A stretch of DNA of 40,414 nt. Origin: a virus. Taxonomy: Duplodnaviria; Heunggongvirae; Uroviricota; Caudoviricetes. Under the pieces are notes generated by a model. That model made no database searches. It saw nothing but the letters and a program-made list of their open reading frames with translations, and had not been told where the DNA came from. The position numbers and the translations under genes are program-made. Of the stretch, positions 25,949-33,989 are shown one piece after another. Location of the stretch: the IMG/VR virus record IMGVR_UViG_2917398303_000004, positions 1 to 40,414 of that record; one strand, written 5' to 3'. The first letter of the stretch is position 1, and every line of letters starts with the position of its first letter.

Positions 25949-26626
25949 TTATTGTCTCAATTTAACTCGCTTCCATTCTGTTTTTAAGCATCTTTGACTC
26001 GATTTAATATATAGTTCTTTTAGTCTTCGGTATGCTTTTTCCACCTCTGAACCATCTACATAAAACATACGGATATCTTCGTTCTCGAACATAAAGATCA
26101 TGTTTTTCTGACACGTCAGTATAGCTTTTGATGTCCATTCATGGGGATTTAGCATTAGCTGTATATTGGTAGCCAACTCAAGTATACGATGCTCAGAATC
26201 AATCACCACATCAAAGTATTCGTCTGCTCTCTCATTCGTGCCATTGCCCCATTTAGCACCTTCTCTTTCAGCAGAGTGCATTCGACGAAAACGCTTATGC
26301 TTTTCACAGCTCATAATGAACTCTGAGCAGTAACTTCGAAGGGTATTAATCCATTGTTGTCTATTTGTAGACAACACCTGAGAATCAAAAGCCATTTCAG
26401 CTAAATGACGTTGATTATCTCTGTCTGTTGCGGCTAAATCATCATTCTTTTTGATTGTGTACCATGCCACAGCAGTTGGCAGTGCTGCACCTACAAAAGC
26501 AGCAAGTACAGATCCAAAAATGGTATCCCAACCAATTCCGGTATCAACAATAATCTCAGGTATTTTTGTAACTGCTAATCCAGCATCTACAGTGAAAAGT
26601 GGATAAGGTATCCCTTGCCAAGCCAT
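25949..26626 (-). CDS. Hypothetical membrane-anchored protein (AT-rich moron between Q/tR' and lysis genes)
   Basis: 225 aa, single N-terminal TM helix, low GC relative to flanks; no recognisable domain. Confidence 0.55.
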   Translation of the reverse strand: MAWQGIPYPLFTVDAGLAVTKIPEIIVDTGIGWDTIFGSVLAAFVGAALPTAVAWYTIKKNDDLAATDRDNQRHLAEMAFDSQVLSTNRQQWINTLRSYCSEFIMSCEKHKRFRRMHSAEREGAKWGNGTNERADEYFDVVIDSEHRILELATNIQLMLNPHEWTSKAILTCQKNMIFMFENEDIRMFYVDGSEVEKAYRRLKELYIKSSQRCLKTEWKRVKLRQ

Positions 26627-26661
26627 ATAACCCCCCTAAACATTTTGTGGGGGGATAATAG

Positions 26662-26684
26662 CAAAAAACCCGCACGTTGGCGGG
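26662..26684 (-). terminator. tR'-like rho-independent terminator downstream of Q (CCCGCCAACGTGCGGG + T6 on minus strand)
   Basis: 5-bp GC stem, 6-nt loop, T-run; about 50 nt downstream of candidate pR'. Confidence 0.6.
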
Positions 26685-26733
26685 TTCTTAATGTTTGTTG
26701 CTCTGTTCGCTTTTGCGTCCCGAGCGTAACATA

Positions 26734-26762
26734 ATTTAAGCACCTTCTGGCTCACATTGCAA
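26734..26762 (-). promoter_or_regulatory. Candidate late promoter pR' (TTGCAA-17-TTAAAT) overlapping Q stop codon
   Basis: Sigma70-like -35/-10 with 17-bp spacer on minus strand, directly upstream of the tR'-like terminator. Confidence 0.4.
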
Positions 26763-27356
26763 CTTAAATCTGCTGCTATTTGTGCCGAATGCATCACACA
26801 TTGGTGCATAAAGCATGAATTCTGCCAAACTTAGCCAAGAATCAATTCTGCGGCGGCAGGTCATGTAGCACCACTCTGGATGACGCTTTTGAAGTTGCTC
26901 TGCCATGAAGCGTTTGCTCTTGCGATAGCGGTATCGGTCCAGTAGCACATCAAACAATCCGTTATGACCATTTGAGATCAGCACAGCCGCGATAACGCCA
27001 TCAATGCATACACCCTCATCATCTGAGCAGAACGCAATGCCTGTCTTGTTTTTGCCATCGAGAATTTCACGGAAGAACGCTTCGAGTTCTGGTTTCGACA
27101 GCCCTGATTTCTTCATGCGACGTAAAGCGTCATTGATGGCTGTCTTGGTGATTTTCCCGGAGGCCAACAACTGGTTAAACATATTGCCGCCTGAGCCGCC
27201 ACCTATGAATGACCAGCGGCCCCACATACGTAGTTTGCCCTGAATCCATACACTTTCCAGTGTACGCAGTCGTGCCATTTCCCCGGATTTGCCAACTTCG
27301 GAAGGATTAATCATTTTGCGTCTCCACTTACGCCAGTACACCGGTTGCCAGCGCAT
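26736..27356 (-). CDS. Late-gene antiterminator Q-like protein
   Basis: Position immediately upstream of pR'/tR' and lysis genes; size and Cys/His content compatible with Q family; no motif confirmed. Confidence 0.5.
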   Translation of the reverse strand: MRWQPVYWRKWRRKMINPSEVGKSGEMARLRTLESVWIQGKLRMWGRWSFIGGGSGGNMFNQLLASGKITKTAINDALRRMKKSGLSKPELEAFFREILDGKNKTGIAFCSDDEGVCIDGVIAAVLISNGHNGLFDVLLDRYRYRKSKRFMAEQLQKRHPEWCYMTCRRRIDSWLSLAEFMLYAPMCDAFGTNSSRFKLQCEPEGA

Positions 27357-28317
27357 GATCGATAAAACGAAATATCAGCTCAAGTTGTGAGCCGTATTTC
27401 TTCTCAAATGCCACGGTGTCATCATGAAGCTCCCGGTGATGCAGCCTGCACAACGGCAACACAAAGAGATCATGCGCTTTTGTACCCATTCCACCCTGAC
27501 CGTGGCCTATCAGGTGATGGGGGTCATCTGCCTGCTTGTTACAGCAGGCGCACGGCTGTGATTTAACCCAGCGCGTGTATTTCTCATTCTCCCAGCGACG
27601 GCGCTTAGGCCTGAGCATGAACGATTCCGGCGATTCATCATCAACCTTTATCGTCAGTACCTTTTTCGCCCTTTCCTGCAATACTTCTGTCGCTGCCGGA
27701 CGCGGAACAATGTCACTCTCCCGCATCACTGACTGATGCTCTTCTGGCTTCATTCCCATGGCTTTAGTAGCTATTCCTTCAGGGATGACATCAGCCAGGC
27801 CTCTTCGCACCATCCACCAGCAAAACTCAGGCAGGGTAAGCTGGTGGTCATCACTGAAGCCCAGCTCACGAAGCACTACAGATAAAATCCAGGATACCAG
27901 GTTTTCACGCGCTATGCCTGCCAGTCTTTCCGTGGTCTGATCACGTAATTGGTTATCACATGCCCAGCACAATCTGATTGAGCTTGGATGATGGCGAAAC
28001 AGCGTGAAATGCGGGCTGTGATAGTCGTTGTGGGGCCACTGACAGACGAATGAACACTCTAGCCACCTGTCCAGTGAGACAAGTCCACCAGCCCGCGCTA
28101 TCACCTTCTTGTTCTCAAACACGGCCTTCATCATTGGGTCTTCTGCCAGTGGTTGAGATGCCGGAGGGATTGCCCCTGTTGGGTATGTGGCGTAGTTCTC
28201 CGGCTCTTCTTCAATCAGTACGCGCCCACGTTTGAACAGGTACATCAGGTCAGGGCCGGGACGGAACAATACGATCCCCAGCCCGTTAGCAACTTCCGGC
28301 GTTAACAGTGCTCTCAC
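27328..28317 (-). CDS. DUF968-like protein with C-terminal His/Cys-rich (HNH-like) region
   Basis: C-terminal CACC...HHLIGHGQGG...LCRLHHRELH motif; common partner of Q in lambdoid prophages. Confidence 0.5.
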   Translation of the reverse strand: MRALLTPEVANGLGIVLFRPGPDLMYLFKRGRVLIEEEPENYATYPTGAIPPASQPLAEDPMMKAVFENKKVIARAGGLVSLDRWLECSFVCQWPHNDYHSPHFTLFRHHPSSIRLCWACDNQLRDQTTERLAGIARENLVSWILSVVLRELGFSDDHQLTLPEFCWWMVRRGLADVIPEGIATKAMGMKPEEHQSVMRESDIVPRPAATEVLQERAKKVLTIKVDDESPESFMLRPKRRRWENEKYTRWVKSQPCACCNKQADDPHHLIGHGQGGMGTKAHDLFVLPLCRLHHRELHDDTVAFEKKYGSQLELIFRFIDHALATGVLA

Positions 28318-28916
28318 GCTGCATGCCCCTTAGCAAGATATTCAACCCACAGGCCACCAATCCACTTCACCCCCTTTGCTGTGAATCGTGACTGGCTGAA
28401 GGCATAGTTTGATGCGTTCGTTGTTCCCGTCTTAACCTCAAAACGTCCCGCTTCAGTGTGTTGATGATACGGAGTCAGGACATTGTTAAGGCGGTACATG
28501 ATGTGACTATCAAGCAGGAAAAGACGGAACTCCGGCTCTTTAGCGTGGAGAAGCTTCGCCACCTGCCGGAACGTCATCGAACCAGTAGCAGTAACATAAC
28601 GGTCAACAAACTCTGCTTTCGGCGCGGCAACAGCCAGCTCTTCACTCAGGCGCTGTTTTTGCTCTTCCAGATCAGCAGCAAGCCGCAGAGCTTCAGAGAA
28701 GGATTGCGGAATTGCAGGCTTACTCTCCTGCTCCAGCTCAAGCCAGCGATCGATAATGCGCTTCCGAAGAATCACGTTATAGCCAGATACCAGCGTGAGG
28801 CATAAATCCTTAGGAAGATGGAAACATGGATAGGCTCTTCCCCTGTCATCCCGGTAATCTCCTAAGAACTCAGGAGATTGAATATTGAGCAAACTGAGCA
28901 TATTGGGCAATCTCAA
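28314..28916 (-). CDS. Rha-family regulatory protein with KilA-C-like C-terminal domain
   Basis: N-terminal YPCF...LVSGYNVILRKRIIDRWLELE and C-terminal FRQVAKLL...SNYAFSQSRF segments. Confidence 0.5.
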   Translation of the reverse strand: MRLPNMLSLLNIQSPEFLGDYRDDRGRAYPCFHLPKDLCLTLVSGYNVILRKRIIDRWLELEQESKPAIPQSFSEALRLAADLEEQKQRLSEELAVAAPKAEFVDRYVTATGSMTFRQVAKLLHAKEPEFRLFLLDSHIMYRLNNVLTPYHQHTEAGRFEVKTGTTNASNYAFSQSRFTAKGVKWIGGLWVEYLAKGHAA

Positions 28917-28986
28917 GACTGGTCATCGCCGGGAATCCCGGAGCGTTTTTAACGTTAATTAGTTGATTCATGCTCTTCTCCACTTG

Positions 28987-29376
28987 TCAGGCGGCTGCAC
29001 CCGCCATGGTTTCAAATCGGCTGATCGTTATCTCTACCCTTCCAGGCTTTACTACAGGCCCCCACTCGATTGCCATCCGTTTAACCTGACTGTCGTCTTC
29101 CCAGACTCTGGCATTCGTCAGTGCGTCGAACAGCGCTTTGTTGTAGTTGTCCAGATCCCGCCGTCTGTTATCTGGCGGGAAAAGAACTATGTTTACCTCA
29201 ACGTTGACGTTAACTGGTTTAGGTATACCGCCGTACTGCTCAACAACAGATGCGTAAACGTTCTTCTTGAACTTCCTACCCATCTCACTGATCAGATGCT
29301 TACCCTTTAACGCTCCACGGTCAGGGGACCGGTAATAGGTGTTAACTGTTGGCGGGAATGGCAACGTTAATTTCAT
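28987..29376 (-). CDS. rusA: Holliday junction resolvase RusA
   Basis: RRRDLDNYNKALFDALTNARVWEDDSQV matches RusA catalytic region; start at MKLTLPFPP. Confidence 0.85.
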   Translation of the reverse strand: MKLTLPFPPTVNTYYRSPDRGALKGKHLISEMGRKFKKNVYASVVEQYGGIPKPVNVNVEVNIVLFPPDNRRRDLDNYNKALFDALTNARVWEDDSQVKRMAIEWGPVVKPGRVEITISRFETMAGAAA

Positions 29377-29693
29377 GGCTGGACACCTCTCGCTTCCAGC
29401 CATGACAAGGCGCGTTCTCTTGAATCGCTATCACCGTTAATGAGTGACTTGATGATCGATATCGCGTCTACCTCATCGTTTGCTGAAATAACGGTAATCC
29501 CTCTGGAAACTCCAGGCGCAACTGAGATATATCCCTTCTTCGCTATGGCCTTCACATGCTCCGCTGCAGCGTTCGGTGATGAGCAACCAATCAGCCCAGC
29601 CAGTTCACATATCGTTGGAGGGAATCCGAACCGGCGCTGATAGTTCACGATCGAACCAAGTACTTCACTTTGTCTCACGGTAAGTTTGTTCAC
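29373..29693 (-). CDS. LexA N-terminal DNA-binding-domain-like protein lacking the S24 peptidase domain
   Basis: LTVRQSEVL...FGFPPTICELAGLIGCSSPNAAAEHVKAIAKKGYI...GVSRGITVI parallels LexA residues about 1-70; protein ends at 106 aa. Confidence 0.6.
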   Translation of the reverse strand: MNKLTVRQSEVLGSIVNYQRRFGFPPTICELAGLIGCSSPNAAAEHVKAIAKKGYISVAPGVSRGITVISANDEVDAISIIKSLINGDSDSRERALSWLEARGVQP

Positions 29694-29694
29694 T

Positions 29695-29946
29695 TCAGCG
29701 CTCCTTAATCTGCTTGTTCAGAATCCCGACTTCGAGATACAAATGAGATGGCGTAAAGCCAAGTTGCTTAACCATCCCCATGGCACCGTTAAAAATTGGC
29801 CTGGCTATTTCGTCACAATTCATACCTGGGTTAGCCTTGCGTTTAGCGGCTATTTCCTCGTTGCATCTTCTGGCGATGTTACGAAGCGCGTTTCGTGCTT
29901 CAACGTCCTGCATAAGCCACCTCCAGCAACGGAGCAGGTTTACCAA
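29695..29946 (-). CDS. Hypothetical protein
   Basis: 83-aa ORF (start uncertain) between methyltransferase and LexA-like gene. Confidence 0.4.
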   Translation of the reverse strand: MVNLLRCWRWLMQDVEARNALRNIARRCNEEIAAKRKANPGMNCDEIARPIFNGAMGMVKQLGFTPSHLYLEVGILNKQIKER

Positions 29947-30568
29947 CGTAACCAGGAAACATGATTACATCAGGGTTTTCTGCCTGATTTCCCCAGTGAT
30001 GCCAGCCGGGAACAGCACAGCGGCTGAACAACTCAATACGTGACACATCGCCGTATAATTGCTCCAGACGGTAACGCGCTTCTGCTGGCTTCTGGCTGTG
30101 TTCGCCGAGTGGGCTGTAGATAACCTGTTTTACGCTCGCGTTCTGACGCTCAAGACCTTTCCCTCTGGTGGCAATTAGCAGATCCTCGGTATTGGCACGG
30201 GTATAGTTACCACCGTTCATTCGGGTCTGAGCGTTCAACAGGTCGAGGAAGTCGTAAAAGTCCTCTACTCCACCAGCCTGAAGCGCTTTGTTGATGTGCT
30301 GCTCAGCCAGTGAGTTAAACTTCACCCAGGTGAATCCCTTCATGGTCCGAACCTTAAAACCCCATGCCTCAGCCAACTCAATCGCTTCGCGGGTGTGAGT
30401 ACCGGTGAACCACATGGCCAGAACGGAATCTTCCGCAGCCAGATCCCAGACAGGCAGGCGTTTTATGTCGATGAGTTTCATCGTGCCGTAATGGTTTTCC
30501 GCTGCTCCATTGCTGATGGTGTTCCCGTATTCCCACGGTGGATCGGCGTAAATCAGTGAATAGTTCAT
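29900..30568 (-). CDS. DNA N6-adenine methyltransferase, MT-A70 family
   Basis: DPPW motif (YADPPWEY) and HSQKP...ELFSR...PGWHHWGNQ segments. Confidence 0.85.
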   Translation of the reverse strand: MNYSLIYADPPWEYGNTISNGAAENHYGTMKLIDIKRLPVWDLAAEDSVLAMWFTGTHTREAIELAEAWGFKVRTMKGFTWVKFNSLAEQHINKALQAGGVEDFYDFLDLLNAQTRMNGGNYTRANTEDLLIATRGKGLERQNASVKQVIYSPLGEHSQKPAEARYRLEQLYGDVSRIELFSRCAVPGWHHWGNQAENPDVIMFPGYVGKPAPLLEVAYAGR

Positions 30569-31011
30569 TAACGGCCTCCCGAAAATCTACCAGCCAGATA
30601 GCATCCGTCTTCGGTAATAACTGCTGGTTTAGCCAGGCCAAGACAGCGCTGACGTTCCGCCAGAATAGCCGCCCTCTCTGATTCAATTGCTGATGCGCTG
30701 AACGCCTCCATGTAAATCGTCGCGGCACGATGAAAGAGTCCTTTCGACTCCAGACCTTTCGCCGTTTCCATCAGAGCACTTACTTCAGGAGTTGGTTCAA
30801 ATACCTCGAAGTGGCAATCTGCTGGCGGTTCTGCGTAGTAACGAAATTGGCGACCGTCACGTTTACGTGTTGCCAGTTCTGAACCATACAGGCGGCAAAC
30901 GGCGAGTTGGAGCCTGTCCTGGCTGAACTGGGTCAGACCTTCGATGATGTCCCTGGTCATTGAGCCGGGGTTCATGGCAATAAACATCTGGACCGTTTTC
31001 AGAATGCTCAT
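30568..31011 (-). CDS. Hypothetical protein in the helicase-loader (P) position
   Basis: 147-aa ORF translationally coupled to the O-like gene. Confidence 0.45.
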   Translation of the reverse strand: MSILKTVQMFIAMNPGSMTRDIIEGLTQFSQDRLQLAVCRLYGSELATRKRDGRQFRYYAEPPADCHFEVFEPTPEVSALMETAKGLESKGLFHRAATIYMEAFSASAIESERAAILAERQRCLGLAKPAVITEDGCYLAGRFSGGR

Positions 31012-31013
31012 CG

Positions 31014-31934
31014 TTACCCCCTGAACCCTGGTGGAATAGCGCTGTAATCAGTGTTCTTGAAGCTGGGTTTGAAGATGCCATCTTCACGGGCCCATTCCCC
31101 ATTCACTCGTTCTGGTCGGCCAGCTTTGTCCCAGTTATTTGCAGACTTGAGATATCCCGGGAACTTGGACGGCTGGAAAAGCGTCTGTGGTCGCAGGTAA
31201 TCAGACATCTTCAGGTCATCACCCCACTTCGCGTTGCAGTAATCCACCACCAGCGACAGCTCTTCAACGGTGAACCCTTCGCCGATTCGTGCCCGGATGT
31301 TTTGCAGTGACGTGTTTGAAACCTGGTAGCGTGAGTTCGTGACCTGGTTCAGGTGAACCAAAACCTGTTTAGCCTGATCAGTAATCAACACATCACGGTC
31401 TGGTTGCCCCGCAACCGGACAAGAGTCTTTACCTGTAATCTCTGTAGTACTCTCTGTTGTAATCTCTGTAGGATCATCAGTGCATTTTGACCTGATGACA
31501 GCGGTTCGTTTTGACTTGATGGAGCGTGTCACTTTGACCTCTTCCATCGTTTCATTTTGACCTGATGGAACAGCGCATTTTGACCTCTTCGATTCAGTCA
31601 CTTTGACTTCATCTAATAGCTCGCTTTCATAGTTGATTGTGTAGAAGTTGGTCATGTCGCGTTGAGACTTGTTCAGTTGTTCAATTTTGAGCACACCGAG
31701 GGTCTTCAGGCGGGTGAAGGTTCGCTTCAGAGTCGACTCTGACCAGAACGGGAACTGCTCCAACCACTGTTCAGTCGTGTTGTAAATCCAGCGAACACCG
31801 TCACGCTCCATGCCAGACGTTGTTTCTTTCAGCCAGTAGTTAATCTGCTGCAATGCAATCGCCTCATTCAGGCCAATGCTGTACGCAAGGTCAGGATTTA
31901 TCACTATTGGTCGGGATGTCATTAACAGGCTCAT
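31014..31934 (-). CDS. Replication initiator, lambda O-like, with conserved phage C-terminal domain
   Basis: C-terminal LVHLNQVTNSRYQ...EELSLVVDYCNAKW region typical of phage replication proteins; iterons embedded in the gene. Confidence 0.7.
   Translation of the reverse strand: MSLLMTSRPIVINPDLAYSIGLNEAIALQQINYWLKETTSGMERDGVRWIYNTTEQWLEQFPFWSESTLKRTFTRLKTLGVLKIEQLNKSQRDMTNFYTINYESELLDEVKVTESKRSKCAVPSGQNETMEEVKVTRSIKSKRTAVIRSKCTDDPTEITTESTTEITGKDSCPVAGQPDRDVLITDQAKQVLVHLNQVTNSRYQVSNTSLQNIRARIGEGFTVEELSLVVDYCNAKWGDDLKMSDYLRPQTLFQPSKFPGYLKSANNWDKAGRPERVNGEWAREDGIFKPSFKNTDYSAIPPGFRG
31430..31615. repeat. Origin-like iteron array inside the O-like gene: six copies of RYTTTGACYT at about 23-bp spacing plus two GTAATCTCTGTAG repeats
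   Basis: Copies seen starting near 31484, 31508, 31531, 31554, 31577, 31600. Confidence 0.6.
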
Positions 31935-32103
31935 TCGGACCCTCTATTTCCCTGAATTTACGCTGAAACTGTTCGAGAGGACTGAAGCACTCATGCTCGT
32001 ATCCGTCGCGCAGGTATATAACCCGTTGAGTTTCTGGCTCCCACCGGATAACCCTGACTGGGATGCCGTCGCTGTCTTTGAACCGTCTGTTGAGTGCTCG
32101 CAT
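31891..32103 (-). CDS. Hypothetical protein
   Basis: 70-aa ORF between cII-like and O-like genes. Confidence 0.4.
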   Translation of the reverse strand: MRALNRRFKDSDGIPVRVIRWEPETQRVIYLRDGYEHECFSPLEQFQRKFREIEGPNEPVNDIPTNSDKS

Positions 32104-32282
32104 TCGACCTTCTCCGCCTGGCCGTTGAAATCACCTACAACCCAATCGGCAAACTGGTAGCAGACAGGCTCAAAGCATCCGGATACCATTACCCCATACA
32201 CGAACTGCGCCGGACCTTTTCCACCCGGCATAGGTCGAGCAATAAGTTGCGACCTGCGGTACTGTGTTGTTACACTGTTCAT
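31944..32282 (-). CDS. Hypothetical ORF (overlaps 31891-32103 in another frame; only the 5' part may be genuine)
   Basis: ORF track only. Confidence 0.2.
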   Translation of the reverse strand: MNSVTTQYRRSQLIARPMPGGKGPAQFVYGVMVSGCFEPVCYQFADWVVGDFNGQAEKVECEHSTDGSKTATASQSGLSGGSQKLNGLYTCATDTSMSASVLSNSFSVNSGK

Positions 32283-32496
32283 GCGTTAGTTTCTCCACTG
32301 AATACGACACGCCACGACGCCAGGAGCTGCACACTCGCTGGCGTCACTTCTTTTGACGGCGGCTGAATAAGGCCACAATCGCGCGAATTTCTTCTTCACG
32401 TGCTGCCAGATGGCGGCGGTGCTGTTCCTGAATTTCTTCGGCTTCATGCTTTTCAATCACTCCATCCTCAAGCGCCTTCTGGATAATCTGATCCAC

Positions 32497-32838
32497 CTAC
32501 CCTCTTGCAGCTGCTGTACGCATTGCACGACTGAACAAATCAACACGGTCAAGATCTTCCAGGCTTGGTACGTCCACCAGCAGTGCGCCGCGACGCTTGG
32601 CAAAGTAGTCGGCAACGAATGACGTGTTGGAAATGTCCTCCATCGCTTCCAGCTCAGTGACCTCAAAGAAACGACAACCGTTTTTCTCGTAAAGGTTGTT
32701 GTTGAATTGGGTTTCTGACATGCCCAACGCACCAGCCATAGCCTGACGGCCTCCGGGGTACGCCTTACACATCGCTTTCACCACGTCTTTCAGGGTTTGC
32801 TCTACCATCTTTTTTTTCCTTTGGTAGTTATCAATCAA
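32497..32838 (-). CDS. cII-like regulatory protein (HTH)
   Basis: 113-aa ORF immediately downstream of cro; AMAGALGMSETQF HTH-like segment. Confidence 0.45.
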   Translation of the reverse strand: MIDNYQRKKKMVEQTLKDVVKAMCKAYPGGRQAMAGALGMSETQFNNNLYEKNGCRFFEVTELEAMEDISNTSFVADYFAKRRGALLVDVPSLEDLDRVDLFSRAMRTAAARG

Positions 32839-33097
32839 CTAAAAGTTGCGTACTGTTGGGCTGTACCGGTAATCCATCATGTTTATTTGGGTAAATATCT
32901 GGTCGTAATTGATGTGGCGTTACAGTCCATCCACCCCACTGACATAACTGAATTACCCTTTCTGAAGGGACTCTGTTTTTCGAAATCCAGTTCGCAACTG
33001 ATTGAACTGACTGAAATTCGAATTTTCTTGACACTTCAGAAATTGAGCCAACCGCTTTAACAGCTTTAGCGGTGACATTCTTGTGTTGATCTGACAT
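32831..33097 (-). CDS. cro: Cro-like repressor (YdaS/Cro family HTH)
   Basis: Start at MSDQHK with GGAG Shine-Dalgarno 5 nt upstream; divergent from cI. Confidence 0.6.
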   Translation of the reverse strand: MSDQHKNVTAKAVKAVGSISEVSRKFEFQSVQSVANWISKNRVPSERVIQLCQWGGWTVTPHQLRPDIYPNKHDGLPVQPNSTQLLVD

Positions 33098-33128
33098 GTT
33101 ATCTCCAGTGACTAAGCTTGCATCAATA

Positions 33129-33141
33129 CTACTTATAGTAG
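33129..33141. promoter_or_regulatory. OR operator palindrome CTACTTATAGTAG
   Basis: Inverted repeat CTACT-N3-AGTAG in the cro-cI intergenic region; same motif recurs at 34000-34012. Confidence 0.55.
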
Positions 33142-33166
33142 CAATTATTGGCAACTTAAAATAGAA

Positions 33167-33886
33167 ATGACAACTATGCCTTGTGCGCTTAATCTTCTAC
33201 TTATGGTGGAAAATGCTAAATACAAAGACTTTGCCGACAGGCTAAACAAGTCTCTCCAAGAGCAATCAATTGGAGTTAAAGAATTGTCAGAGTTCAGTGG
33301 TGTCTCATATGAGATGGCGCGACGCTATACTCTTGGTACTGCAAAACCACGAGATGAAAAGATGATTCGAATTGCAGACAGGCTTGCCGTATCCCCTGCT
33401 TATCTTGATTACGGGGTACCTGTTAATGGCGGTGATGCGCCCGCTACCGGGACGGTTAGAATTCAGCAATTGGATGTACATGCATCAGCCGGTTCGGGAT
33501 ATATCAATCAACCGTTTCCAACGATTGTCAGCTCGATAGAAATACCAGAAGATAGGATTTTCGAATTGTTTGGCCGGAGAAGCTTAGATGGTATCGTGAT
33601 GATCAACGTAGATGGCGACAGTATGATGCCTACGTTGTGCCCTAAGGATCTGCTCTTCATTGATAGTAAAGTTGAGCAATTCAGTGGAGATGGTGTTTAC
33701 GTGTTCAACTTCGAGGACAGTACCTTTGTAAAAAGACTACAAAAAGTTAAAGGTCGTCGTCTGGCTGTCCTATCAGACAATGAACACTATCCTCCCTTCT
33801 TCATAGAAGAACACGAAATGAATGAGGTTTACATCTTCGGCAAACTTATCAGATGTTTACCTCTGAAAATGATAGAGTTTGGATAA
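33167..33886 (+). CDS. cI: CI-like repressor (HTH plus S24 LexA-type autopeptidase domain)
   Basis: N-terminal HTH, C-terminal GDSM Ser motif and downstream Lys; possibly leaderless start at 33167. Confidence 0.8.
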   Translation: MTTMPCALNLLLMVENAKYKDFADRLNKSLQEQSIGVKELSEFSGVSYEMARRYTLGTAKPRDEKMIRIADRLAVSPAYLDYGVPVNGGDAPATGTVRIQQLDVHASAGSGYINQPFPTIVSSIEIPEDRIFELFGRRSLDGIVMINVDGDSMMPTLCPKDLLFIDSKVEQFSGDGVYVFNFEDSTFVKRLQKVKGRRLAVLSDNEHYPPFFIEEHEMNEVYIFGKLIRCLPLKMIEFG

Positions 33887-33902
33887 TCATTCATCCATAA
33901 AG

Positions 33903-33926
33903 AACCGGCGAAAGCCGGTTTTTTTT
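33903..33926 (+). terminator. Rho-independent terminator after cI (AACCGGCGAAAGCCGGTT + T8)
   Basis: Perfect 7-bp stem, GAAA loop, T-run. Confidence 0.7.
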
Positions 33927-33989
33927 CGCTATAAAATCTTATGCACTATAAAAAAACAACCTAAAAGATAATTTTTCTACTTTTTGTTG

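Noticed and set aside
31480-31615. Possible CRISPR array
   Set aside because: Repeats are short, imperfect, about 23 bp apart and lie inside a replication-protein coding sequence; they fit origin iterons, not CRISPR repeats and spacers. No CRISPR array seen elsewhere.
32457-32732. 91-aa minus-strand ORF overlapping the cII-like gene
   Set aside because: Alternative frame inside a better-supported gene, Arg/Trp-rich translation; treated as spurious.
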